Part shown: positions 1 through 11,559 of the stretch, one piece after another
Layout of the letters: each line of letters starts with the position of its first letter
How positions within the stretch are numbered: position 1 is the first letter of the stretch
Source: Mobula hypostoma
Taxonomy: Eukaryota
Assembly: GCF_963921235.1 (NCBI RefSeq)
Contig: NC_086108.1
Coordinates: 24,056,001-24,120,000 of the forward strand
DNA length: 64,000 nt
Direction of reading: 5' to 3'
The notes under the pieces: model-generated
Told to the model about the DNA's origin: nothing
The model's input: only the letters and a program-made list of their open reading frames with translations
Databases searched by the model: none
Translations under genes and position numbers: made by a program

Positions 1-228
1 ACACCAATATCCTTCAATGGAAAATCGTATAAGAATTAGTGGGTACAGCTCAGTCTATCACAGGTACAGCCCTTCCCACCATTCAGCAGTTCAACAGAAA
101 ACGCTGTCACAGGAAAACAACATCCATCATCAGGGACTCCCCCCACCCGGGCCATGCTCTTTTATCACTGCTGCCATCAAGACTCACACCAACAGGTTCA
201 GCAACAGTTATTATCATTCAATTGTGAG
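1..228 (+). mobile_element. Rex1/Babar-type LINE 3' fragment (continues at ~1420-1700 after the CR1 insertion)
   Basis: Degenerate end-of-ORF2 peptide (TAQSITGTALP..IIRDSPHPGHALLSLLPS..RFSNSYY) is similar to the 3' ends at 30050-30260 and 60110-60335; an AT-rich 3' UTR with AATAAA resumes at 1420-1700. Confidence 0.65.
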
Positions 229-229
229 G

Positions 230-1418
230 TTCGATTTTCAAAAGGCTTTTGACAAGGTCCCACACAGGAGATTAGTGTGCAAACTTAAAGCACACTGTAT
301 TGGGGGTAAGGTATTGGTGTGGGTGGAGAATTGGTTAGCAGACAGGAAGCAAAGAGTGGGAATAAACGGGACCTTTTCAGAATGGCAGGCGGTGACTAGT
401 GGGGTACCACAAGGCTCAGTGCTGGGACCCCGGTTGTTTACAATATATATTAATGACTTGGATGAGGGAATTAAATGCAGCATCTCCAAGTTTGCGGATG
501 ACACGAAGCTGGGCGGCAGTGTTAGCAGTGAGGAGGATGCTAAGAGGATGCAGGGTGACTTGGATAGGTTGGGTGAGTGGGCAAACTCATGGCAGATGCA
601 ATTTAATGTGGATAAATGTGAAGTTATCCACTTTGGTGGCAAAAATAGGAAAACAGATTATTATCTGAATGGTGGCTGATTAGGAAAAGGGGAGGTGCAA
701 CGAGATCTGGGTGTCATTATACACCAGTCATTGAAAGTGGGCATGCAGGTACAGCAGGCGGTGAAAAAGGTGAATGGTATGCTGGCATTTATAGCGAGAG
801 GATTCGAGTACAGGAGCAGGGAGGTACTACTGCAGTTGTACAAGGCCTTGGTGAGACCACACCTGGAGTATTGTGTGCAGTTTTGGTCCCCTAATCTGAG
901 GAAAGACATCTTTGCCATAGAGGGAGTACAAAGAAGGTTCACCAGATTGATTCCTGGGATGGCAGGACTTTCATATGAAGAAAGACTGGATGAACTGGGC
1001 TTGTACTCGTTGGAATTTAGAAGATTGAGGGGGGATCTGATTGAAACGTATAAGATCCTAAAGGGATTGGACAGGCTAGATGCAGGAAGATTGTTCCCGA
1101 TGTTGGGGAAGTCCAGAACGAGGAGTCACAGTTTGAGGATAGAGGGGAAGCCTTTTAGGACCGAGATTAGGAAAAACTTCTTCACACAGAGAGTGGTGAA
1201 TCTGTGGAATTCTCTGCCACAGCATACTGTTGAGGCCAGTTCATTGGCTATGTTTAAGAGGGAGTTAGATATGGCCCTTGTGGCTACAGGGGTCAGGGGG
1301 TATGGAGGGAAGGCTGGGGCGGGGTTCTGAGTTGGATGATCAGCCATGATCATAATAAATGGCGGTGCAGGCTCGAAGGGCCGAATGGCCTACTCCTGCA
1401 CCTATTTTTCTATGTTTA
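230..1418 (+). mobile_element. CR1 LINE, 5'-truncated, RT domain + 3' UTR, one in-frame stop
   Basis: ORFs 17-679 and 695-1330 carry DFQKAFDKV, SGVPQGSVLGP, FADD, LVRPHLEYC and FFTQRVVNLWNSLP; TGA at 677-679; 3' hairpin region GGGCCGAATGGCCT and TTTCTATG tail. Confidence 0.95.
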
Positions 1419-2388
1419 TTCAGTCCATCACTGAACTGTTTCCATAACCTATTGACTCACTTTCAAGGACTCTTCATCTCACGTTTGCGATATTCATTGT
1501 TAATTTATTTATTATTATTAATATTTCAATTTTTTCTTTTGTATTTGCATAATTTGCCCTTTGCACACTAGTTGTCCACCCTGTTAATGCATTCTTTTAT
1601 TGATTCTATTATCGTTATTGGATTTATTGAATATACTCGCAAGAAAAGGAATCTTGGGGTTGTATATGGTGATATATATGCACTTTGAAAATAAATTTAC
1701 TTAAAACTTTGATTTATTTTTATTGCTTCTTGAGATGCTGGCAGTATAGTCAAAACAATATTCCTGAAACCAGTGTGCCTAATAACTTAAGAATCTCCCT
1801 AACTTAAACTAGTTAGCTCAAGGATTAGGGAAGGTTTCCTTTCTTGAGCTTTTTGTAACAATCTGTTCTTCCTGATGCTAGTTGATAAATTTATCCATTT
1901 ATATGCAGAATCTCCCATGATTTGAAGGGTAAGGCCTTTATAGATCAAAAATTTAATGTCATACTATCAACTTGGTGAGATAAAACAACCCAGTAATGAA
2001 TGTGACTTTCAAGGAGATGGGGAACGGAAAGGGTAGACCGGATTGCATAGAGCAATATGCATGCCTGAAGATATTCTTGAAGCACAATGATTCAAGTGGA
2101 ATAGTTGAAAGCTCCTGGAATAGAGGAGCCCACTTCGGTTACTCTTTAAGGGCTGAGGCAGTAATCTATATTCCCAGGGTGGATTAGAGCATCTGGCTGC
2201 AATAAAATTTTACCCAGCCCACTTGAAATTTAAATACAGATGAACTGGATATATTCAGTACTGAGGTTTATCTCTGAGGAACAACACCGCTGGGATTTGT
2301 TTCAGTAGTTTCCACTGAATTGTCTGAACATGTGAAGAGAGCAGTGATGCTAGAGATGATGATCTGAGCTTGTGCAGCCACCACATAC

Positions 2389-2440
2389 TGTTTGAAATGA
2401 ATAACATCATGCTTAAAAGGTTCTGTACAGCTCAAATGCA
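2389..2440 (-). CDS. Candidate exon of unidentified host gene (HLSCTEPFKHDVIHFK)
   Basis: Acceptor ttctgtttgtacag, donor gtatgt; open in only one frame, which is in phase with 2854-2920. Confidence 0.3.
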
Positions 2441-2853
2441 CTGTACAAACAGAATCAGCAGGGCTCAGGCACCGTTAACAGCACATTGTCAACACACTAA
2501 AGAAAGCCCATGGATCCTGCTGTCCCATCAATAGCCCATTAACACTGTAAAGATTTTAAAACTAAGACTTTGCAAGAGTCACAAAACAGAACAGGGAGTG
2601 TCTCTGCACATCCACCATTGGGAGGTTGCCAGACATCACAAATTGAGCAGTTTTTGCCAAGATTACTTGTTAAAATGGCTGTCCAGGGTTAATGAGGTGA
2701 ACCAGCAGTAAACGGGTAAAACTGTTATTATATTACTATTTAGTAAAGTAGCAAACAGTTTAATTGTTTCTAACCCTTTCCTCAGTCTGATCTCAAAGAC
2801 CTGGGCAACCAGAAGAAAACATATTTATCAATCAGTTGAAAAAGAATGTTCAC

Positions 2854-2920
2854 CTGACATTATGATGGCTATGGTTACAACAGAGTTTCCACGAGAGGTA
2901 CAGAACCATTCAAACTGTAC
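2854..2920 (-). CDS. Candidate exon of unidentified host gene (VQFEWFCTSRGNSVVTIAIIMS)
   Basis: Acceptor tgcatttgtatttag, donor CAG/gtgaac; phase 0 to 1. It lies only 38 nt from the 2959 donor, so the two cannot be simple neighbours. Confidence 0.3.
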
Positions 2921-2958
2921 CTAAATACAAATGCAATTCAGAACAATAATAGCTATAC

Positions 2959-3064
2959 CTCATTGAGGTCGACTTTTCTAATTGGTGTGTGGAGTAGAAG
3001 AATAATATCAAGGGTTGCCCACGTTTTCTTGCACACACCACGTTTATCCAGATTTGTTTGAGGA
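2959..3064 (-). CDS. Candidate exon of unidentified host gene (PQTNLDKRGVCKKTWATLDIILLLHTPIRKVDLNE; alternative frame LKQIWINV...)
   Basis: Acceptor ccagtttcag, donor GAG/gtatag; in phase with 6067-6124. Frame and donor are ambiguous. Confidence 0.35.
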
Positions 3065-3360
3065 CTGAAACTGGGTTATGTTCCTTGTTCTTAGTAGTTA
3101 AAGTTGACAAACAAGTTGCATGTGTAGTGGTCTATTCAAATCAAACACACAAAGTGTGTCCTTGTATTTCTCCATTTTTGTTGAACTGTCCAGGACAGAA
3201 ACATTGTGAATGCACCTTACAAACTGGCAATAAGGATGGAAGAGCAATAATATGTACTGATAGGACAACTAAACAAAATTAAGCCTTTAAATGAAGGTGA
3301 GAGTAAGGTGAATTCATGGAGCTGATTCTAGAGCTAGTAATTACTTGCCTTGCCTTAAGG

Positions 3361-3527
3361 AGACACAAGAGACTACAGATGCTGGAATTGAGAGCAATGC
3401 ATAAAAAATTGGAAGAACTCAGTGACTCAATCCGGATTAAGGATCTTGACCAAAACGTTGACTGTCCATTTCCCTCTATAGATACTGCCTAACCAACTAA
3501 GTTCTTCCAGCTTTTTGTGTTTCACTA
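3361..3527. repeat. Palindromic Penelope terminal-repeat (pLTR) remnant
   Basis: cagatgctggaat...gaagaactcag on the left and an inverted gttcttccagctttttgtgt on the right; decayed ribozyme region (aaaacgttgactg). Confidence 0.6.
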
Positions 3528-4489
3528 ACATTTGAACTCTTACTTTGAGCAGGTTCAAACCATAATAATCATACAGAAGCACCGAAGAAATAACAATATA
3601 TTTGCAGTTTGACCCAAATTGTGGCAATCTATGTAAGAGAGATACTCAGATTCAAGTGGTCTATATAGGAAGAATTTTTGTAAATGATTTCATAAGGCTT
3701 TTAGATCATCCATAAAACATACAGAATTTCTTTTAGAGCAACAAACAGAATGGAGACTGATGGCAAGAATATGCCAGCACAGAATGATGATAACCACATG
3801 GAAGTCATGTTTTTGAAATTGATGTGGGTTCTGTAACACACAATACAAAGTGGAATTTTTATTTTACATAATGGAATGCTAAAAGAATCTTTTGTTTAGC
3901 AAAGTAGTACGATATTGCATGTTTCAATCGTGAGGTGTATGAAATTGTGGAAAACTATATATTTCAAACTAGGAAGGAGAAGTAAGGACTTGTTTTGATA
4001 CTACAACTTTAGCAGCTTCTTATGATGTAACAGGATTGTGACTTAATTGACAAACAAATTCAGTCATGCGATGAATTATCACTCGAACACAAAACAAGCT
4101 TATGGAATGAAATTATCATTGAAGTTTCCCCAAACTACAAAGGCTTAGATGCCATAAGATAGAGATGATGAGTAATGTGATCAAGATAAAGTACAAATAG
4201 CCATGAGTACTGAAGAAGAAAATGTTTAAGTAAGTGACTTCATGGACATAAAGCATGAAAAAAGATGTTAGTGTTTATACAAAGTAGAAGTTACCTTGGG
4301 TATGAAACAGATGAAAATAGATTGCAAACACTAAAAAGTAGTAGCAATGGTGAAGACATGAAAACATTGTGGAACCTTGGCATTCCTTGACATGGTACAG
4401 CACAATGCTGGACTTTTTGCCAGATCTTGGAATAATACCAATGACATTACGTTAGTTACTGAAGAAAGATGAAAATAGAACTGGAGTAA

Positions 4490-5200
4490 AGAAAGTAAGA
4501 AATATGAGCAGGAGTGGGCTATTTGGCCTGCAAGCATGCTCCGCCATTTATCAGAATCATGGCTGATCTATCTCAGTGCCATTTCCAGTATCATCTCCAT
4601 ATCCCTTCAATCACTAAATACCTATCTTCCATAGGTTTATAGGGTAGAGAAATCCCAAGTTTCATTATCATCTGGCTGTAGAAATTTCTCTTCACCTCAA
4701 TCTTAACCAGCCTACTCCTTATTCTCAAATAATGCCCTATCAAGATGAGGTAAACATTCATCACCCTGCATTTAAGATGTCAACTCCTTAAAGAATTTTG
4801 AAAGTTTTGATGAGATCTCAAATCATCAACTAAGGACTACAGTCCCAGTTTACTCCATCATGCTCATGCGGAAAATGCCCCATTGAATCTTCACTACACT
4901 CATTCAGTAGCAAGTATATCCTTGCCAAGGAAGTATGTTTGTAATGATGTAATCCTGTAATCAAAACTTTTTCTAGCAAAAACTAACATACTATTTCCCT
5001 CCTAATTGCTTACTGAACTTGCATGATGGTCTGCATTGCCTTGTGCACAAGCACAACCACAATTCCTTGGCTATCAACACTTCCTGATTTCTCAGCAGTT
5101 AATAAATACCTTACCTTTTTATACAATATGCACCAAGGTGGGTGATCTTACATACGTCCTTTCTTTTGTCTGCCATGTTTTTATCCTCTCAGTCAGCTTG
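4490..5200 (-). mobile_element. Old CR1 3' fragment
   Basis: Reverse complement of a CR1 3' UTR (gagcaggagtgggctatttggcc...catggctgatct) followed by decayed ORF2 end. Confidence 0.7.
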
Positions 5201-6066
5201 GCAGACAATCTTATGAAAGACATGCCTAGGAGATAAGTCTTCAGTGGTTCACAATGAAGATCTAACCAGTTGTCTTAAATTTTTTAATGTCTAAAGATCA
5301 GTGATTTGGCACTTTATTCTCTCTTATTCTAAGGTATTGTATGTTTTGCCAATCAATTTCTCCACTCCACAAAGCTGAGATGAAAATTTTGGAAAGCATA
5401 AAAGAACCACAGTTGCTGGAAATCTGAAATACAAAAAAACTTAGCAGGTCAGGTGGTAACATATGGGAAGAAAAGGACATAGTATTTCAGGTCAATGATC
5501 CTTCATTAGACTGGATTCATTTGGAATCGGTGTTCAAAACCTCAGCATGGCTTCATTTCAAAGTGCACAGTGTCTTTGCAGGTTTGACTTTTGGGCATTT
5601 CTATATTCTCCGCATTTAGCACACAGCCAAAAAGAAGGTTATAATTCCAATCATACACTTCTAGAAAATCGATCAGTATTCAGAGAGCATAAATTTTGTA
5701 CGAGTGATAGCAATGCAGGCAACACATCACGTTGACATCAAATTACATTTTATGCAACCAATTTGATTGATTGATCTTATGCTTCATTCCTGAGCATTGC
5801 AACAGAGATAATTGTACAATAATCAGAAAGAGAAAGATTCAGTAATATTTCAGTGCACTTCAGGTGATAGTAAATTGATGCAGGCAGAGAACTGAAAGGA
5901 CACCTATGGTTTATCAAAAGAAATACTATTCGAACTTTTGTACCACAGTGTTGATCATCCCTCCAGTGTAATGAAAAATCTTTACCTAGTAAAGATTGGC
6001 AGAATGAAGCTGAAGCAATGTGGGAAGAGCTGAGTACAGAACTCAGCATGGAAATAGTTCACTTAC

Positions 6067-6124
6067 TGTCTGGAACTTGACAGGTCACCAAGTGAAAAGT
6101 GCACGCTTCCTATCTCAAGCACCT
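6067..6124 (-). CDS. Candidate exon of unidentified host gene (VLEIGSVHFSLGDLSSSR)
   Basis: Acceptor attttcatagtcag (alternative AG 4 nt upstream), donor gtaagt; only one open frame. Confidence 0.5.
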
Positions 6125-6397
6125 CTGACTATGAAAATGTACAGCTGACAGTAAAGAGTATGAAAGCCTTTTCATGTTAAAACCCCTTAGCAACTTAGGG
6201 TTTCTGAGGGCAGCTTCACCATCAGAAACCCCAATCCTTCAGTCTTAAAGTTACAGATGGAAATATGGCAAAGATTTTCCAGTAACTGGAACATTTCCAA
6301 ATATCCTTAATTTGATTGCACTGGTCAGGAAGTAAAAACTGTGAGATTACACTGAGTTGGGTTGCAGCTCTCAAGGAGCAACACTGCATGTGTAACA

Positions 6398-6630
6398 CAA
6401 GAACATAAGAATTAGAAGCAGGAGCAGGTCTTTCGGACCCTTGAGCCTAAACCACCATTCAACAATATCACTTTTCCCTGCATCATTCCCATATCCTGTA
6501 ATTCCTTTAATTTCCAGAAATAAATCTGTCTTGAATGCAAGAATTACTTAGTATCTACAACTCTGTAGGGTAGAGAATTACAGAGATTTATCTTCCCTTG
6601 AGTGAAGAAGTTTCTCATTTCAGTCCCTGA
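6398..6630 (-). mobile_element. Old CR1 3' end
   Basis: aagaacataagaattagaagcaggagcagg...gagtgaagaagtttctc is the reverse complement of a CR1 3' UTR. Confidence 0.7.
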
Positions 6631-7119
6631 TGGATCAAGCTGACAATTCTGTGGGTTCTTAGGGTATCTATATTTTAGATAAGTCACTAAACTGAAATAA
6701 CTCCTTTTTCCATTGTTGGAAATGTAAGATCATGTATCTCTGATAAAACAAATGAAGCAAACTCACTGGAGAAAGAACTACATTTCTTGCTCAAATTTCG
6801 CCTGACGTACTAGTTCAATAGTCATTGCTATTAAAAGATGAAAGGTTATCTTGACATTCAGTATAAGTATCCAGTTCAGATACTGAGATTGAATCTGTAT
6901 GCTACAACTAATGGCCAAACCATATACTTTATAAATAACTTGTTTCTGATAGAGACAGAACATAGTCAAGATTCAGGTAATTCTAAAAATCTATTGGTGC
7001 AAGTTCATCATCATTTGTCAATAGTTTGTAGGTAAAATTGATTGAAAGATTGAAAGGCATAAGGTGAAAAGGTGCTTATCCACTGTAATGAACAATTTAA
7101 GATGAGTCTAATTTCCCAT

Positions 7120-7810
7120 AAACTGATACTCTGCCTCCTGCACATAACTCCTATATTTTTTTCTACCTCTTGCCTGATTTCATTCCAGGTAAAACAAATC
7201 CTTTCTCCCCATAACTAAAACCTTGCAAATCAGGCAACATCCTGGTGAATTTCCTCTGCACCTCCTTCCTATAGTGAACTGTATACAATACTCCAAGTGT
7301 AGTCTAAACGGTAGTTCATAAGGTTGCAACATAATATCCCAATTTTGATATGTTCTGTCCTGATCTACGAAGGCAAACATGCCATATTCCTTACTTACCT
7401 TCGTATCTACCCATGTTGCCACTTTCAGGGTGACTATGGTCTTGAACCGCCTGGCTCCCTACCATTTACTGTGTATGTCCTATCTCACATTACATCCCAA
7501 GATACATCACATTGCAGTTGTTGGCATTAAATTCCATTTGTCAATACTCTTCCCAACATTCCGTCTGATCTATAACCTGCTGCAGCCTTAGACAACCTTC
7601 TTCACAATCTGTAACACCACCAATCTTATTGCCATCTGCAAACTTACAAATCAATCTTCCTAAATTGAAACCTGTTATTAATTTACATCAGCCAAAAAGT
7701 GTACCAGCACTGATCTCTGCAGTGTAACACTAGTTACAGACTTTCAATCATCATTTGCCTCCTTTCACCAAGCCAATTTTGGATCCAATGAGCCAGTTCA
7801 CCTTAGACCC
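7120..7810 (-). mobile_element. Degenerate CR1 RT fragment
   Basis: Minus-strand ORF 7180-7422 (GMFAFV...LHLEYCIQF); ccatctgcaaact corresponds to FADG. Confidence 0.75.
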
Positions 7811-7839
7811 TATATGCCTTAATCTCCCACTTTCTCATA

Positions 7840-8102
7840 GGGCGCAGTCCACCTAGAACGGAGATAAGGAAGAATTTTGTTAGCCAGAGAGTGGTGAATC
7901 TGTGGAATTCATTACCACAGGTGGCTGTGGAGGCCACGTGATTGGGTATATTTAAGGCAGATGTTGATAGATTAATCAAGGCATGATGGGATATGGGAAG
8001 AAGACAGGAGATTGGGGCTAAGAAGGAAATAGATCAGCCATGATGAAATGCCGAAGCAGACTTATGGGACAAATGGCTTAATTCTGCTCCTATACCTTAT
8101 AG
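7840..8102 (+). mobile_element. CR1 3' end
   Basis: cagagagtggtgaatctgtggaattc (QRVVNLWN) plus 3' UTR ending ctgctcctataccttat. Confidence 0.85.
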
Positions 8103-8704
8103 TTTCCATGCAGGATTTTGTTAAGTGTCTTACTTCGATCCATACAAATAACATCTACTGCAGTGCAGAGGGCATCAATTGGTTTCCAGTGGAATATTCA
8201 TCTGGACCATATGCAACTCCACATCTGGTGATGGTGTCCATCTATCATGTCTCTATTTCAGTTTCCATTGCAATACTTGTCCACATTGCCATATATTTTT
8301 AACTGTGTGTTAATGTCCAGCTAAATAATTCATAATTTGCAGCTTCTAGTCTGTTTGGAATCAAGTTTTATAGATTTACTGCAGCTTGGTCAGCAAGTGT
8401 ATCGGAATGTACCTAGTTTAACTTGTTAAATAGAGATTTGATCTAATAAACTGACCAAAACTCTCAGAGATATAAGGATTTGAAAGTAAACTTCTCTTCC
8501 TTTTGCAAAGGAAGAACAAACAGAAATCAGCTATTAAATCCCTGGGAGCTTTAGCCCAGATAGTGAAAGTTAATCTTTTAATAATTGATTTCATTATTCA
8601 ACTTTTTGAGCAGTTTCAAAGAATGTTTACTTTTTAAGAGTGCTGAAAACCTAGCACCAGCCTCCAAGCATTCACTCTTTTGGTCACTTCCACCAGTACC
8701 ACCA

Positions 8705-9338
8705 GGAGGGAGGAGAAGATGGTGGCGCGACGCAACGTGTGCGGCCATTCCGAATGATATCGGTATGTGTAACTAGGAGTGCCGTGCACAATCCGGATCT
8801 GATAGAGACAGCTGTGAGAAGCTCAGAGGAACATCTGGAGTAACTTCTGAAATGCCTGTTTAACTGCCGTTGCTACTGTGCGATCGAGAATCTCCGAAGG
8901 GGAAGGCCCCAAATCCTTGGCTTTGCGTATCGCCTGTTGCCGAGGCCGGGGTCGAAGCGCTCGGCAGAGATGGTGCTCGGTGCTCGGTGTCGCAAGGTGG
9001 TCGGAGGTGCGGAGTTTTTCAGAGGGACTCGGAGTCCGACTGTAGTCGAATGCTTCCAGGATGCTGCATCGGTGCTGGAGATTTACCATCTACGTGAGAT
9101 GATAGGACTTTTGAGAGACTTTGAGACTTTTACTGTGCCATGGTCTGTTCTTACCAAATTATGGTATTGCTTTGCACTGTTGTAACTATTTGTTATAATT
9201 ATGTGGTTTTTGTTAGTTTTTAAGTTGGTTTGTCATGTGTTTTCATGATACCATTCTGGAAAAACATTTTATCATTTCTTAATGCATGCATTACTAAATG
9301 ACAATAAAAGGAGACAGCATGTCCTCATAATCATCATC
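8705..9338 (+). mobile_element. ~630-bp non-coding retroposon-like element, copy 1 (YY1-like head, AATAAA + short-repeat tail)
   Basis: Colinear with 28580-29216; starts GGAGGAGAAGATGGTGGCG, ends catttcttaatgcatgcattactaaatgacAATAAA...cataatcatcatc. Confidence 0.75.
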
Positions 9339-9544
9339 AGTACACTTGTACTTGCTTTACACTTGGGAAAGCATTCAGCTGTCTAGATCAAAACTATATT
9401 GTTTGGTGACTTTGCACCCTGTGCCAGCGATCCTGTGGGATGCCTTCAGAAAAGAAAATTGTTGAAACTAAAATTATTCATGTATCTTCTACTGATAGCC
9501 AAATAATGTGGAGGACCACCCAATCTATGATGCTGAGGGCTGAG

Positions 9545-9875
9545 GTACATCCTAGGATGCACTGGGACACATCATCAGTGATGTAACCAGGGGTCATCAA
9601 GTGTTTCGGGTCTTTCAGTATCAGACACCCTTGCTCATTCAGCACAGCCAGGGTGGATCAGACCCCGACTTGTGTCCCAGCAGCATTGATCCACAGGTCA
9701 CACCTCTTGACCCATAGCCATCTGAAGGCCTATTCAGCATCCTCTGTGACAGTCCTGATGGCTCTTCTCTTTGCAGCCTCTGTAATGCAGAGGAGAAGTA
9801 GGTTTTGCAGAGGTAGCTGCCAGCAATACCTCTAGAACCTATCTCTATTGGCTCACATTGTGCCCTCTGCCCTTG
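9545..9875 (-). mobile_element. HERO/R2-like (restriction-like endonuclease) non-LTR retrotransposon 3' end
   Basis: Minus strand reads GQRAQCEPIEIGSRGIAG..(frameshift)..AAKRRAIRTVTEDAE*AFRWLWVKR, the PIEVGCRG...RWLW C-terminus of HERO-clade elements, followed by the 3' UTR. Confidence 0.75.
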
Positions 9876-10494
9876 TCACTGGGACTGGAATGCTTGGAAT
9901 TTGGCTGTAACCAGTGCCCACAAAAAGACAGTTCGGTCAATGCATGTACTACCAAGGAATCAAGTTGTCTCCACTACTGACACGCCAGAACATTCATAGC
10001 AGTGAGCTATAGCAATTGGAAAAAAGGATTCGTTCATTTCAATGTTGTGAAGATCAAAGTAGTTTCACCCTGCCCAGAAGTATACACTAATGGCAATTAT
10101 TTCTGCATTTATCTTAATTCAATGTCTCAATATCGCTAAGATTGGAATAATTTTCTTCTATGGAATACAAATTTTCAAACATTATTATTCATAAATCAAT
10201 GAAAAAAACACAAGACCTGATTGTGAACGGGAAGGTGTTAATAACTTCTGCCTTTTATCTCCCCAAATATCTCCAGATGCTTCTATAATGTCATGACCTT
10301 TCAACAAGTATAATGGTGCTCTGAGATTGGCAGTATCTTTTCCCATCAGCTTATTTTCCTTCCTTTTGTTGCATTGTCAAAGGCTTGTTTACATTATTAT
10401 AAAATAAATGGGAACTTCTATAGCCTTCCCCTTGCACAGAAATTTGTTCACTATCTGATAAGGTGTAGGTTGAGAGCCAAAATTTTTGATTATC

Positions 10495-10660
10495 AGAATC
10501 AGAATCAGGTTTATTATCACCAGCATGTATCGTGAAATTTGTTAACTTAGCAGCAGCAGTTCAATGTGATACATAACATAAGAAAAAAAACAAAACAAAA
10601 TAATAATTGTAATAACAACAATAATAAAATAAATAAATAAATTACAATATACAAATTAGA
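10495..10660 (-). mobile_element. Rex1/Babar-type 3' tail fragment
   Basis: (ATCAGA)n + ggtttattatc, the reverse complement of the aaacctgattctgatt tails at 27360-27380 and 37365-37382. Confidence 0.65.
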
Positions 10661-10900
10661 TTAACAGAATAAGATCAATGGTCATTTAAATTAGAAAACA
10701 TTAAAAATACATAGCATATGGCAGAGCGGATGGAAATATTATGGTTTGTACATACATAATATTGGAAAATGGGAATTATAAAGAAATATGAAGTTTCTCC
10801 CGAAGATTTTAGAAGATTAAGCAAGGTATGCAAGGCTAAAGATCTGCTGGTACAAAATAAGATATGATTTCACTGAACTCCATAAGGGTTAGGATTAACG

Positions 10901-11095
10901 ACATACACAAAATGCTGGAGGAACTCAGCAGGCCAGGTAGTATCTATAGACAAAAGTACAGTCGACATTTTGGGCTGAAGGGTCTTAGCCTGAAAGGTCG
11001 GCTGTACTTTTTTTTATAGATGTTGCCTGGCCTGATGAGTTCCTCCAGCATTTTGTGTGTGTTGCTTGGATTTCCAGCATCTGCAGATTTTCTCT
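10901..11095. repeat. Palindromic Penelope pLTR remnant (~75-bp inverted arms)
   Basis: 10901-10975 is an imperfect reverse complement of 10988-11062; similar to the Penelope 3' end at 42970-43057. Confidence 0.8.
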
Positions 11096-11281
11096 TCTCT
11101 GAAGATTATGATTAGATTTGGCAGTGAAACACAAGAATACTTGAAAAGCTAAAAACAACAAAAGCATAGATTAGCCATCGAAGAAAGAAACTGAGAAGGT
11201 TCCAGGATCCAATGGAAGCATGAAATAGACAATCTTTCTCCCCGAAAGTATGTGAATTGCAAAATAATAATCCACAATCCA

Positions 11282-11520
11282 GCCGCCACCTTGAAGGAGT
11301 TTGTATGTTCTCCCCGTGACCACGTGGCCTTCTTCTGGGTGCTCCGGTTTCCTCCCACAGTCCAAAGATGTACCGGTTGGTAGGTTAATTAGCGGTTGTA
11401 AATTGTCCCATGATTAGGCTGGGACTAAATCAGGGGATTGCTGGGTGGCACGGCTCAAAGGGCCAAAAGGGCTTCTTCCACTCTGTATCCTAATAAATAA
11501 GTAAACAAACAAATAAATAA
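11282..11520 (+). mobile_element. V-domain SINE (HE1-like)
   Basis: ggagtttgtatgttctccccgtgacc...gggtgctccggtttcctcccacagtccaaagat core; (TAAA)n tail. Confidence 0.85.
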
Positions 11521-11559
11521 ATAGAATCGACAGATTGCTCTATTTTAACACAGAAAGGT

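Noticed and set aside
238..642. Antisense ORFs over CR1 copies (also 13795, 24178, 24664, 56753)
   Set aside because: Shadow ORFs of RT coding sequence, recurring in every copy.
17..679. 220-aa ORF as a novel RT fusion gene
   Set aside because: Chance read-through from a Rex 3' fragment into a 5'-truncated CR1 at ~230; ends at a premature stop.
6067..6128. Assigning the host gene to a C2-domain or EEP-family protein from EIGSVHFSLGDL / FDHMLV
   Set aside because: The similarity is only a few residues and the motif order does not fit; no gene symbol given.
10901..11062. CRISPR array or retron-like system
   Set aside because: Eukaryotic context with no repeat-spacer periodicity; the RTs are all CR1, Rex1/Babar or Penelope type.
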